Positions 48,555 to 60,558 of a stretch of DNA of 64,000 nt are shown here, piece by piece. Position numbers and translations under genes: made by a program. The notes beneath the pieces were generated by a model. That model saw nothing but the letters and a program-made list of their open reading frames with translations. It did no database searches and was not told where the DNA came from. Source of the stretch: Veleropilina oligotropha (lineage: Eukaryota); the NCBI GenBank assembly GCA_048128005.1, contig JBEUKZ010000108.1, positions 62,001 through 126,000 of the forward strand. Reading direction: 5' to 3'. Position 1 is the stretch's first letter. The number at the start of each line of letters is the position of its first letter.

Positions 48555-51542
48555 TCACTGTCGGGATGACCCAGATCCCGTGATACATTGTTGTCCTGCC
48601 GCCACAAAGGAAATCCGATGTTCACCCTCAGCCGTGGTCGCATAATCATGCAGGTAAAAGCGAACAAAGGTATTTGCGTTCTTCCAGTAACAAGCCTTCA
48701 AGATTTCATTGATATTCAAATTATATTTGAAGGCTAACGAAGTGGCTACTGCACGTGTCTCGTGCGCGTGAATTGAAACGAGATCTCGTTCTGGCTCATG
48801 TGACCGGGAGTAAATCTCCTTAACAACAGAGACAATCCACCGTGAAACAGTCGATTTGCGAATGTCGCGGTGGAATTGAGGCATATGGCTAACGAATAAA
48901 CGCTTTTTACCGTGCCGTAGGTCTCGGGTCTTATCCAGGTAGAATCTCAACGCGCGGACCGGGCAGTTGAGGCGGTCGATATCATTTCTATCCAGCATGG
49001 AGAGGTTACGAATAAAAACCTCGGGACTGATATCATCAGGTCGTTGTGTCTTCGCTAGGAAGCCAAGGACAGTACGCAGCGTCACCGACCCATCGGTGTG
49101 GAAGTGTATGTCTCGAAGCTCTCCGGATAACGCGTGTATCTCCGAGGCCCGGTTACCAGTGGCGAGGGCGGTAAGAAATACGGTCTTATAAGTGAGATTT
49201 TTGAGGGAACACTCACTCATAGGCTCGTACGGGCCCCTAAGTAAAGCATTGAGAACTAACAAAACATTCCAAGCGGGCGGTCGCACTCGCTGAATGGGCC
49301 GTTCGAGTTGATAGGAGCGTATGAAGTCCGATATAGTTTTGTCGGTAGACAAGCGGGTGTGCTCGCGGCATTGCCATAACGTTGTAGCTACGCATGAACG
49401 GTAGCCTTTGACTGCGGAAATTGACATTCCCCGTTCTAGCAACGACGATAAGAACTCGATAAATTTGGTCACAGGGGGGCGGAATATATTGACTTGCCGC
49501 CCGCGACACCAATCCACAAACTTTTTCCATCGGTAGTCATATACCCTTGTCGTAGATTGTCTTCTAGATCGGTAAATGCGCTGGGCTGTCGCTCTAGAAA
49601 AGCCCTTCTTAATGAGCGATCTCTCGATAGTCGCCAGGCGTGAAAGTGAAACTCGTTCGCCGACGGGTGTAGAACCCGACTGCGCGGTTGAGACAACAGG
49701 TCTGCCATCTGCGGTAGCGCTCGTGGCTGATCGATGAGTAGATCCAGAAGTGTCGGAAACCAGGACTGCGTTCGTTGTAGAGGTGCTATTAGCGTCAACT
49801 CGCAGTCTTCGCGGGTCGCTTTCCGTAGTACTTGTGCCAACATGCACGACGGTGGGAAGGCGTAGGCGATCAGATTCTCCCATCTCATTGACAGAGCGTC
49901 GACCGCAATAGCAGCCGGGTCCGGGTAAGGAGACACATAGAGAGGGAGTCGGTGATTGAATTCGGTTGCGAATAAATCGACTTGAGGCGTCGACCACAGG
50001 CGACAGACATCTCGGGCTACACGGGCGTGTAGCGTCCACTCTGTGTGTATAATCTGTGTTTTCCGAGAGAGCGTATCCGCTCTGACATTCAGCTTCCCCG
50101 GGATGTGTCGGGCTCGAATTGACGAGTTGAGTGACATCACTAGGCGGTGCAGGTCTATCGCTCGGTCGCAAAGCGGACGGGAGCGAGTGCCGCCCTGGTG
50201 CTGGATGTAAGCGACGACAGTCGTGTTGTCCGTTGCTAGCATTATGTGCTTGTTTCGGAGATGTGACGAGAGGGACTGTACTGACAGGTAGACGGCTTCT
50301 AACTCTAGGAAGTTGATGTGTCGTCCCTGAAGGTCCGTAGGCCAGTGGCCCGATGTCTCGTGACTGTCGAAGTGACCTCCCCAGCCCTCGTTTGACGCGT
50401 CCGTGAAGAGGTAGGCGTTCGGTTCTGGGGGGGATATTGGAACCGACTGGCTCGGCAGGGAAGTGTTCAGCCACACTGCTGTCGTGCGATTGAACCAATG
50501 CCGTAGATCGATGCGATCCGTCCACTGTCCCGTACGTTGTATCCAGCGGTCCTTGAAGGCCTGCTGCAACGGTCGTTTGTCCATGCGACCCGTCGGTAAC
50601 AGGGGAGCTACAGACTCGATGTGCCCTAGGACAGTGGCCAGTCGTCGCGCTGTAGTTATCCGTGAAGACTTTGTTTCTAGTATAACTGCGCGTAGGTTCT
50701 CTATACGTTTCTGAGTCGGTTTCGCGGTGTACCGGACCGTGTCGAATTCGACCCCAAGAAATATAAACGTCGTCGAGGGCACGAAGCAGGATTTGTCGTT
50801 GTTGATCTGTAATCCCAGGCGCTTCGCCGATGACAGGGTAACGCTCATAGACTGGAGGCACTGATCCCGGGACGCCCCGAGAATCAACCAGTCGTCGAGG
50901 TACATGTGTACTCTGTGCCCTCGCGAGTGTAGGAAGGCCCCGAGAGCCTGTACTACTCGCGTGAAGACGTACGGGGCTGACGATAGACCGAACGGTAGAC
51001 ACCTGAATTGGTAGATCGTTCCCCCGTGAACAAACCGTAGGTACCGGTGAGCCGAGACATGCATCGGAACGTGTAGGTACGCATCGGTTAAGTCGATAGA
51101 CGCTGCCCAGTCGCCCGGACGGATGGCCGTTCGTATCTTCGAGAGTGTTTCTTGCTTGAACTTCTCGGTACGAAGATACTGGTTGAGGAACGACAGATCG
51201 AGGATCGGTCGCCAACGGCCGTCGGGTTTCGGGACCAGGAAAAAGTGGCTGTAATATCCTGGTGTGCTGGGCGGCGCGGGATAGATCGCTCTCTTTGAGA
51301 GTAAATCCCGCACTGCCTGGTCTAGGACGGCTTGTTTTTCTCCTATGAGGAGACGAGCGCGTCCTGGTGGTGGTGTCGCGTCTAGGGTTGGATGCCGGTC
51401 GAATGCCAACTTGTATCCGGCACTCACGACTGAGTGAACCCAGTTGTCCTCTGTCATTTCCAGCCAGGACAGGCTGTACTCTAACAGACACGCTCCCACC
51501 GGCGGAAGCGTGCAACTGAGCTCGTCGCGAGCGCCGGCAACC
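48555..51542 (-). CDS. DIRS tyrosine recombinase ORF (family B)
   Basis: TGNRASEI, HETR, CYWKNANTFVRFY; in frame with gag after TAG. Confidence 0.92.
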   Translation of the reverse strand, partial: GCRRSRRAQLHASAGGSVSVRVQPVLAGNDRGQLGSLSRECRIQVGIRPASNPRRDTTTRTRSSPHRRKTSRPRPGSAGFTLKESDLSRAAQHTRILQPLFPGPETRRPLATDPRSVVPQPVSSYREVQARNTLEDTNGHPSGRLGSVYRLNRCVPTRSDACLGSPVPTVCSRGNDLPIQVSTVRSIVSPVRLHASSTGSRGLPTLARAQSTHVPRRLVDSRGVPGSVPPVYERYPVIGEAPGITDQQRQILLRALDDVYISWGRIRHGPVHRETDSETYREPTRSYTRNKVFTDNYSATTGHCPRAHRVCSSPVTDGSHGQTTVAAGLQGPLDTTYGTVDGSHRSTALVQSHDSSVAEHFPAEPVGSNIPPRTERLPLHGRVKRGLGRSLRQSRDIGPLAYGPSGTTHQLPRVRSRLPVSTVPLVTSPKQAHNASNGQHDCRRLHPAPGRHSLPSALRPSDRPAPPSDVTQLVNSSPTHPGEAECQSGYALSENTDYTHRVDATRPCSPRCLSPVVDASSRFIRNRIQSPTPSLCVSLPGPGCYCGRRSVNEMGESDRLRLPTVVHVGTSTTESDPRRLRVDANSTSTTNAVLVSDTSGSTHRSATSATADGRPVVSTAQSGSTPVGERVSLSRLATIERSLIKKGFSRATAQRIYRSRRQSTTRVYDYRWKKFVDWCRGRQVNIFRPPVTKFIEFLSSLLERGMSISAVKGYRSCVATTLWQCREHTRLSTDKTISDFIRSYQLERPIQRVRPPAWNVLLVLNALLRGPYEPMSECSLKNLTYKTVFLTALATGNRASEIHALSGELRDIHFHTDGSVTLRTVLGFLAKTQRPDDISPEVFIRNLSMLDRNDIDRLNCPVRALRFYLDKTRDLRHGKKRLFVSHMPQFHRDIRKSTVSRWIVSVVKEIYSRSHEPERDLVSIHAHETRAVATSLAFKYNLNINEILKACYWKNANTFVRFYLHDYATTAEGEHRISFVAAGQQCITGSGSSRQ

Positions 51543-51856
51543 CTAGGGCCGCGGCTTCCCTCTCCCGCTCTGACGGGATTTCGTCGGAGGTGTTTTCTTC
51601 GCGACAGGTTTGTTGGCCTGAGAAGGCCGACCCGGCGAAGGTTTAACACGCTTGGAAGGCGTATGAGACCGGGACGGTCTCGAGCGCTTCCTAGAGGTAG
51701 CAGTCGGCGTGCTCCGAGGAGTAGCCAAGACTGCCTTCTCGATTGCGCGATCCTTGAGGTCAGCCGCTCGCTTCTCGACAAATTCGGGGAATTTGTCTCC
51801 GAAGAGAGTAGAGGCCGACAACGGTACACAACGTAGAGACTGCCGGGTGGCGTCAT
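49469..51856 (-). CDS. DIRS pol (RT, RNase H, MT-like), family B
   Basis: YLDD, FLG, FTDAS, DLFA, YAFPP; frame stays open into the end of gag. Confidence 0.93.
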   Translation of the reverse strand: MTPPGSLYVVYRCRPLLSSETNSPNLSRSERLTSRIAQSRRQSWLLLGARRLLPLGSARDRPGLIRLPSVLNLRRVGLLRPTNLSRRKHLRRNPVRAGEGSRGPRVAGARDELSCTLPPVGACLLEYSLSWLEMTEDNWVHSVVSAGYKLAFDRHPTLDATPPPGRARLLIGEKQAVLDQAVRDLLSKRAIYPAPPSTPGYYSHFFLVPKPDGRWRPILDLSFLNQYLRTEKFKQETLSKIRTAIRPGDWAASIDLTDAYLHVPMHVSAHRYLRFVHGGTIYQFRCLPFGLSSAPYVFTRVVQALGAFLHSRGHRVHMYLDDWLILGASRDQCLQSMSVTLSSAKRLGLQINNDKSCFVPSTTFIFLGVEFDTVRYTAKPTQKRIENLRAVILETKSSRITTARRLATVLGHIESVAPLLPTGRMDKRPLQQAFKDRWIQRTGQWTDRIDLRHWFNRTTAVWLNTSLPSQSVPISPPEPNAYLFTDASNEGWGGHFDSHETSGHWPTDLQGRHINFLELEAVYLSVQSLSSHLRNKHIMLATDNTTVVAYIQHQGGTRSRPLCDRAIDLHRLVMSLNSSIRARHIPGKLNVRADTLSRKTQIIHTEWTLHARVARDVCRLWSTPQVDLFATEFNHRLPLYVSPYPDPAAIAVDALSMRWENLIAYAFPPSCMLAQVLRKATREDCELTLIAPLQRTQSWFPTLLDLLIDQPRALPQMADLLSQPRSRVLHPSANEFHFHAWRLSRDRSLRRAFLERQPSAFTDLEDNLRQGYMTTDGKSLWIGVAGGKSIYSAPL

Positions 51857-53772
51857 CTAGCGTGGTGCCGTCTAGGCAAGCGTCTCTACGAAGTAGGACA
51901 GCATTGCCTAAGGATCGGGCTGACTCCGACGCGGAGTTCTCCGTGGAGGCGGCAACCTCTTCGAGAAAGGACAGTGCGATCTCACGAGCGCGGGGTCCGT
52001 TCTCCTGCAGTACGGTAATGGCTCCGTCTAGGAAAAAATCCTGGATAGAGGCATGCCGTAGAGCCCGACGAGCGGAGCTCTCAAAGCCCTCCATGGCGAC
52101 CCATGGGACTTTGACCACTGAGGGAGCTGTGCTGGCCGACAGTCGACGCATCGCTGCATCGATCTGAACCGGCTCAGTCTCCAGACACGCCCCAGAGCAT
52201 CGGATCGAAATCGGACGCTTACTGGGTCGGAGGTACTTCCCTTTACGGAGACCACTAGGGTACTCTGTTAATGAGGAAGTCTCCACCGATTTGGTTCCCT
52301 GAATGGATTTGGTCGCCGAGTCGAGGACGAGCGAGACCAACCCAGACTGGGGTAGGGTAGGAAGCAGGGGGGCTTCCGGCCCATCAAATCGACGTGCCGC
52401 TGTCCTGTGCTTGACGAAGCCTACCGGCAGAGCCGGGTCTGGCAAGTCTAGCACCCCGCGAAGCGACGCGACAGCGTCGTATCTTCTGCGGGTGGCGGAG
52501 ATGGTCTCATGCGTGCCCGACTGACTACAGGAGTCGTCTGGTCCGACCGATTCAGGGAGGTCAGAGTGAGTGGAAGCGCTGTCCTCGTCGGAACGAGGAT
52601 CGACTTCCATCACCGAAGCATGAGCCGAGCCCGGCGGTACGGTCAGAGACGTTGGGACCTGGGGCGGCTGGGTAGCCGGTTGCCAGGACCTACAACGTGC
52701 CTCGACTTCCATCGCAATCATTGCCTGGACGCTCTCAAAAGAGAAACCCGGAGGCATGACGGACGTCGGACCAACAGCCATTGGTCCGCTCGAGGATACC
52801 GTAGCGCATGGGGGACGGGCTGCACGGACAGGTGGAGCCGAGTACCAGGGACTCGGGTTACCTGTCGGGTAACCGCAGCCAGGAAAACGGCCCGGAGGCG
52901 CGTTAAACGGTGCGAACGACCCGTAAGACTGCGACCACAGTCCATACGGGTCTGAAACCCTGCTCGGGTGAGACACGGGGGTATACCCGCCGTAGGCCTC
53001 AGCCCCGAACGCAGCCGGTCCTACCACACCACCCGGGACGTCTTGATAAGAATCGTCAGAGGAGGTTGGCCTTCCATCACTCTCGTGGGCTCCGACAGTG
53101 GCGAGATTAGCCTTTAAGCTAGCGCCGTTGTCGGACGAGAGGACGGGTTGCGTCGAGCGTCTGGGACTTCGACCACTTTCGTGGTGCCCAGCAACTGTAT
53201 CGACTTTTTCTGCTAGTCTCCTTCGCCTCTTTTCAGAGGTTACTTGACTCACAGAAGGACTAACGCTGCCTTGCTCCTCCGAGGCCGGAGGAGAGGTAAG
53301 GTTTTGTCTGCCCTGTAGTAGGCTGTACAGCTGTTCGCCGCAGCGCTCGACGTATCTTACTGGCCGGCAAGATACTTTGAGCAGCGGTTACTAGGCCCAA
53401 AGGAGAGGTATCGGTCGGAACTCGGTCCCTTACCTGAATCTGAGATCCCGACGATTCCGGGACTTTCCCCAAAGTCTCGGAGGTGTCGTCGGGCCCACCA
53501 CGGCTACCATCAAGAGGGTCTGAAAGAGAAAGTGAAGGGTTAAAACCTGTCTCTAGCCTCTGGAGCTTCTCGGTGGATGCCCCCTCGGAAGAAGATACCC
53601 TGGTTGTCTTCTCCGAAGGGAAAAGAGTCTCCCACTGCCGACTCGTCAGTACTACACAATGCCCACATGGATGGTCCCTATCGCTAGTACAATCACGGTG
53701 GAAAGTGCATTCGGAGTGCTTGTCAAAACCACGGATTTTCTGTCTGCACTCGGAAACACTGCAATACTTCAT
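51543..53772 (-). pseudogene. DIRS gag (family B), frameshifted
   Basis: 10-bp insertion at ~53313-53322; removing it gives RTAVQGRQNLTSPPASEEQGSVSPS, colinear with copy 1 RTAVQGRPSPSFSSASKNKGTVSPS. Confidence 0.82.
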
Positions 53773-54919
53773 AGGTCTACACACACGGGTAGGTGGGAGA
53801 TAGGGTATTTTGAAGTGATAAGGGTATTTCCCGGGTAATTTACCAAAGTACTACTACAACCTCGATTGTACCTGATCCGAGAGTTGGAAAAGGCTGAAAT
53901 ACGCTGTAGAACTTCCGGCGGATTATACGCCCCAAAACACCGACTTTATATTTTTACGTTTTAAAAACCAGTCGGTCAACGAATTGAGAAACGGGAGGTC
54001 TTTCTTTTAAAGAAACCGCCCTTTTACACCTAAAACCTCTTGGATGTATATATATCAATTTGTTAGAATTCGGCGTGCTATCCCCGATTTAGCAGATTTA
54101 CCAAAATAACGCTAGTTAAATTCTAAATAATCTGCTTTTCAACGACGATAAATTTGATTACATAAATTTATAGCAAGAAAAAAGTCGTTGAGGAATTATC
54201 GTATATATAAATGAAATGCAATGCAAATTCAAGCAATATCAATAATCAACTCTCTTATCCTGACTCCGTAGTAATTGCTAGGGAGCTTCCTTCTTTAAAT
54301 ATCCCTCTGAGCGGCCTCTTTTCTTTCTTTTCAGAATTCCAAGATGGCGTCGTCAATGGAGGGTGTCGATTTCGTTTTTTGTCCTTTTGAAGACAGGAAA
54401 ACTTCTAAGAAGGCGTCTTATTCAGGAAGAGACTCTCGACTTTCCACTAAACGTGTTCACAACACTATACTAGATCTTATGAGCTGATAGATTATTAAAA
54501 TCGAGCTCAAAAAAGATCGAAAAATCACAAAGATTGTGGAGCAAAGCAAAACGCGACTTGTTCAATCGAGCGGAAAACTTCGGATGAGGTCTTGACCCTT
54601 GGTCAAGAAGATCTCGCGGGAGTTGGCGAGCTCTTACTGGACATGAACTGGAGGAGGTCGAGCAGGTCAGGGGGTCAGCTGGGTTCAATTTACTAAAAGA
54701 AGTGCAAATTACCATTTCCACCTTGTCCGGATTTAGCGATAATAGGCTTATTATGGCATTAGTAAGGACGTAAGTATATCTGATATAGATATCTCCATAT
54801 ATACACGACCATATAGAAAAGAATATAATAATACTTAAAGAAAATAACATTGTTAAGGCAAAATAAATATGTACAAAATTCAATTAAAAGTGTAATCAAA
54901 AGAATGTGTTCCCATTCAC

Positions 54920-55662
54920 CGTCATGTATCAGTGTCATGTATCAGTGTCATGTATCAATGTCATGTATCAATGTCATGTATCAGTGTCATGTATCAGTGT
55001 CATGTATCAGTGTCATGTATCAGTGTCATGTATCAGTGTCATGTATCAGTGTCCAGTATCAATGTCATGTATCAGTGTCATGTATCAATGTCATGTATCA
55101 GTGTCATGTATCAGTGTCATGTATCAATGTCATGTATCAGTGTCATGTATCAATGTCATGTATCAGTGTCATGTATCAGTGTCATGTATCAGTGTCATGT
55201 ATCAGTGTCATGTATCACCATCATGTATCAGTGTCATGTATCAGTGTCATGCATCAGTGTCATGTATCAGTGTCATGTATCAGTGTCATGTATCAATGTC
55301 ATGTATCAGTGTCATGTATCAGTGTCATGTATCAGTGTCATGTATCAATGTCATGTATCAGTGTCATGTATCAATGTCATGTATCAATGTCATGTATCAG
55401 TGTCATGTATCAGTGTCATGTATCACCATCATGTATCAGTGTCGTGCATCAGTGTCATGTATCAGTGTCATGTATCAGTGTCATGCATCAGTGTCATGTA
55501 TCAGTGTCATGCATCAGTGTCATGTATCAGTGTCATGTATCAGTGTCATGTATCAGTGTCATGTATCAGTGTCATGTATCAATGTCATGTATCAGTGTCA
55601 TGTATCAGTGTCATGTATCAGTGGCATGTATCAATGTCATGTATCAGTGTCATGTATCAGTG
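54920..55662. repeat. 13-bp minisatellite (tcatgtatcagtg)n
   Basis: Direct reading of the sequence. Confidence 0.97.
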
Positions 55663-57123
55663 TAGAGTGAAGAATGTAAATGATTCTGCACAGGATAGTT
55701 GCATTTAAATGAAATCACCTCTACCTGTAACATACTAATTACTACAGTAGTAATTTAAATATTGAGGGAATTTTTTATGTATTAGATTTCTATAATGTTT
55801 TGGGAAACAGCATGTAACTGAATTGATTGCAAATGAGCAGTGCTTTGCTTGATCATTCATGTTTCATGTAAATGGTGGATTGGTACATGTATAGATTTCA
55901 TCACATTTCACATGCTTTAAGAGATTCCATAATTCCTACCATGTTAAATTATCGCTCATGAACCTGTAGACCTAAAGAGAATAAAATATCAGCTTTGCTT
56001 ATACATGTACTGTAATATGTATGTATACATGTGCGTGTATTTTTCTTAGCATAATAATATACTGTATACCGAAGCGGTAATTCTCTACTTGGGTAATTTG
56101 CCTAACGGTCATATTGCGATTCATATCTGCACCAATTATGGAATCAGTAGCATCACTGTAGGCGAGTGTTAAGTAAACATATGCATCATGATTCAATGTA
56201 AATGGCAGTTATAATGATATGTGGCAGTTAGCAGTGTGTGCCAGTGCTTTAGGCAACTGGAAGTCCTTAATACATATATAGGTCAAGCGATATTAGGCAC
56301 TGGCTTATGCTACGAATTATCAGTTGCATAGTTGTTCGATATTTCTCATCTGTTCAATTGAATGCTATATTTTTGCAGAGAATGTTCGTTATTTGTTATT
56401 AGCCTTGATAATCATCATATATAGGGTCAGGCGACCTCGCACGAAGACCATCGCACAACTTCGTGGGAAAGGAAAATCGTGCTACAATGATTGTACTGTA
56501 CCCTACAATGCCAAGAATCGCAGCCAGGTTTTTTAACATGACGAAAAAAACAAGACGTCGTGCGAAGACCCCCGATGGCAGCAACGTCGCACGATTCATT
56601 TCCCGATGGTCCACGATCACTCGAAATTCACCCAACGCAGGTGGTCGTACGACATTTTAAGGCTGGTGTGACCAAAGCCTAAGCTACCGACAGAACTCGA
56701 ACCAGGGCCCTTCAGACAATCTCGGTGGGGTGTCCAACACGGCAAGTACTCACCCGCCGATACCATTCCTAATAGGAGGAGGTTTCTATTGATTTTATAT
56801 TATTATATTATTAGTTCATAAAGGATGCTCTAGATTAGCATGCAAAATGAATGGTGACATTCAATGTTACTATTATTAAGTATACAAGTTTATATAATTA
56901 TAAACAAAGTGGGATTTTATTAGATACATGTGCCATGGTATCATGTGGAAATAAAATTCTCACAAAATTCTTGATGTTTTTCAACATGTAAATAAAAATG
57001 AGAAGTTGGGAAAATGTTGAACATGAATAGGCTGACATATAAGCATTAAGATTGTTGTTTTAAATAAGATTGTTTGAGATATCATGTGGAAATGATGGCG
57101 CTGGAAGATGGATGACCATCACT

Positions 57124-57590
57124 TGTATCTGTATCTGTATCAATACGTTGAAGAATCCAATTCTGGCATAATTTCAATGGGCGCATGAATTTTTTTTTTA
57201 ATTGTTACCGAGGGCCGCTATGAAGGCCTCAGGCTTGGTAGGGAGGACGGTTGACTCTGCTAGTCGGTTCCACTCAGGAATTGTCCTCACAAAGAAGCTG
57301 TTTTTGCAGACAAGAGTGGTGGCTTGTATTGACTCGAGACACTTGGAATGGTTTAGTTGATGGTTCCTTACAGGGATGTCATTCAGGTAACCATCAAGTC
57401 GTACCGATGTCCTGATACGCCGTTTATTAGTGACCATGGTTAGATGTAGAGAAGGTGGAAGTGCTGGCATTAACCCCTCGACCACTTTAAATAACAACAT
57501 CAGGCGTAGCTCATTTCTCCTGTCCTGTAGGGTGTGTAGCAGAGTAAGCACAATATCCCTCCCGTTCATCAGCAACGCTGCATGTTTACA
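57124..57590 (-). mobile_element. LINE 3' fragment (CR1-group-like ORF2 C-terminus)
   Basis: LQDRR..LRLMLLFKVVEG...SFFVRTIPEWNRL; short (GATACA)n tail at 57124-57141. Confidence 0.8.
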
Positions 57591-58129
57591 ATATAATTAC
57601 CAATGGCAAAGCAAACGTAATATTGCATGCTGATGGTATTGCGTTTCAAAACAAATCATTAATGGCTTCCATATTACCACATGGCAAGTGATTGACATTT
57701 GATATACTTTCGAAGACAATCTCTGTGTATGTTCACGGACTAAGCCTCTCAAATCTCACATCCAGAAACCACAACAAAATAAAGATCACTATCAGTTCCA
57801 CCCGAGTGCATCTAGTGAAAGGAGCTTCAATGCATCATTGAACACGTCTCAGCAAGTGTAAAATTCTAAGATTGATAGTTACCACTAACAAGGAGGTTAC
57901 ATTTTTACCTGTGCCTGTCTGTTTGTTTGGCTGCTAGTCTGATAATGTAACAATTGTATGGACAGATTTCGGCGAAATTTTTTTGTTGATTGGCCTTGGG
58001 CCAAGGACCAATCCACGAGATGTTGGTGGTGATCCAGATACGGATCCAGATGTGATGATATCATATCTGTTTCTTAAGCTTCTACTTTAACATGTCTATA
58101 GCTCGAAAAGTTTGACGGCAACATGGAGA

Positions 58130-58720
58130 ATTGGTAAGCATTGGTTAGCATTGGTTAGCATTGGTAAGCATTGGTTAGCATTGGTTAGCATTGGTAAGCA
58201 TTGGTTAGCATTGGTTAGCATTGGTAAGCATTGGTTAGCATTGTTAAGCATTGGTTAGCATTGGTTAGCATTGGTTAGCATTGGTTAGCATTGGTTAGCA
58301 TTGGTTAGCATTGGTAAGCATTGGTAAGCATTGGTTAGCATTGGTTAGCATTGGTAAGCATTGGTTAGCATTGGTTAGCATTGGTAAGCATTGGTTAGCA
58401 TTGGTTAGCATTGGTAAGCATTGGTTAGCATTGGTAAGCATTGGTAAGCATTGGTTAGCATTGGTTAGCATTGGTTAGCATTGGTTAGCATTGGTAAGCA
58501 TTGGTTAGCATTGGTTAGCATTGGTAAGCATTGGTTAGCATTGGTTAGCATTGGTAAGCATTGGTTAGCATTGGTTAGCATTGGTTAGCATTGGTTAGCA
58601 TTGGTTAGCATTGGTTAGCATTGGTTAGCATTGGTAAGCATTGGTTAGCATTGGTTAGCATTGGTTAGCATTGGTTAGCATTGGTTAGCATTGGTTAGCA
58701 TTGGTTAGCATTGGTAAGCA
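58130..58720. repeat. 10-bp minisatellite (ttggtt/aagca)n
   Basis: Two variants only: ttggttagca and ttggtaagca. Confidence 0.97.
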
Positions 58721-60534
58721 GAGCCAGAGGCTTGCTATCTTGGATTAATGTCCTTTTTTCTTAAATTTGTAATCCTGCTTTTCATTTCAGCGATTCCGCG
58801 AGCAGAAAAGTCTGAACTTACTTATATGCTCACAATGGTATGCATTTCCATTGAAGTGAAATTCAGATATTAATTTTTTCATTTACTGTGCATGAAAGCA
58901 GTGGCAAAATTGTTCAATGCAAATATCACAATGCGTGACAGCTAGACTCGATCATGTATGTTACATGCATTCAAATGACTCATCAACTATGCAGGTATAC
59001 TATATTTAATATGATACAGTATATAAACCCCTATAGGTGATATCAGATATTTGACGGCGTTGATAACACTCTTTTCCTATCTGATATGCTAACAGGATTT
59101 ATAAAAAATAATGTATACACTGATGATACTCTGTGCGATATCACCATCAAATCTCGGCTATGCCTGATATAATAGTTATATCACACCTCGGCCATCAGTG
59201 TATTATTTAATATATACAAATGTCCCACTTCAAGTAAAGCATAGTATTCAATAATATTGACGGTGCATATTTTTATTACACTGCATATTCACAAATTTTA
59301 GCATTTACATATCACAAGCTCAATTTATATAGCGAGACACAGTTTGAAGATGTAAATGTAACACATCAATACCTGCTATGCATTGCTAGTAGTTATTTTT
59401 CTGTCACTTTCTTATTGACAAGTTAATAACTGATTCATTCATGCAGTAAATAGCTCTGCACGCTGTGGCCACCAACTAAGATGGTGTACAGAGATTTGAC
59501 ACATCACTTGTTCTTTCCTGTTGTGTTCTGCATTGGACACTGACCTAGCTGACCTAAATACCACACGTGTCAACAAATTGTCAGTCTTGCAGCGGGTCCC
59601 ATCAATCACACTGATGCATGTACAGTGCTACCTTGATGCATTAGTAGTATCTACATAATATATTATAAATATCAGCATTTGGCAACTTAAAAAATTATGA
59701 AAACAATACATGTGTGCAATTTAAAATTTGAATTGCACATGTTTTGCTTTGAAATGAGGCATTAAGTTCAGGAATATTGATGTATAATGCAAGCTGTCCC
59801 CATTATTCTCTACTAGTTTTAGATTGGTAACAGCTCGACTTTCCATGTTACTGCTGAGCAATCGCTCCTGGCCAGCAACCAAGCTTTGCAATTGTTCCAC
59901 TAGATGTTACCCTGATCACTTTAAAAATATCGCTTTCTATTTTCAAAGCCCACAGGATAAATATTTCGGTTTCAAATTTCAGTGTAATCTGGTGACTGGT
60001 CATATTTGAATATTTATTCTCAATGTTGCACATTACTTACAGTTGACAATGTACTAGCTCTCATTGCCAGCTGACATATAATATATCCATATGATTATAT
60101 TGGTTATTATATCAAATGCTTTTTATGCATACTGGTTTTTCTATTGATTACATTATAAATAGCCGCTGGCTTATATAATAGAGACTTACAGGATATATCT
60201 CCAACACTGAACAATGACAAAACGCATGGGAACATGATAGCTGGGAATCAGGGGGAAACATTATAGTGGTATGACTCACATGCTCTGAATGTTAATTCTA
60301 TGAATTTAAAATGAAACCGTAATTTAATCTGGGAGAGTCATTACTGTCTAGTGGTATGACTCGCACGCTCTGAATGTTAATTCTATGAAATCTATGAATT
60401 TAAAATGAAACCTTAATTTATAAGTGGGCATCACCTCCATAATTGACGATGACCACCCATCCATCCTTGATCAAAATCAAAGTCCACCGTATGCAATTGT
60501 GTTGTAATTTTTAATGGAAATTATGATTACTTAC

Positions 60535-60558
60535 TTGGTCAAACAGCGGCTTGAATCT
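60535..60558 (-). CDS. RHBDL3-like: 24-nt rhomboid micro-exon (RFKPLFDQ)
   Basis: Acceptor cgcag, donor gtaagt; phase 0-0; resembles the WKxLFDQ segment recalled for RHBDL3 ahead of its EF-hands. Confidence 0.72.

Larger units (their letters stand above)
47378..54789 (-). mobile_element. DIRS1-like retrotransposon, family B copy 3 (full length, diverged from family A)
   Basis: 205-bp ITRs at 47414-47618 and 54575-54779 (one mismatch seen); ICR 47683-47772; gag, pol and YR ORFs. Confidence 0.97.

Noticed and set aside
54850..55708. Cys-rich ORFs
   Set aside because: Translation of a 13-bp minisatellite
58130..58720. Interstitial telomeric repeat
   Set aside because: ttggttagca is not TTAGGG or TTAGG; treated as an ordinary minisatellite
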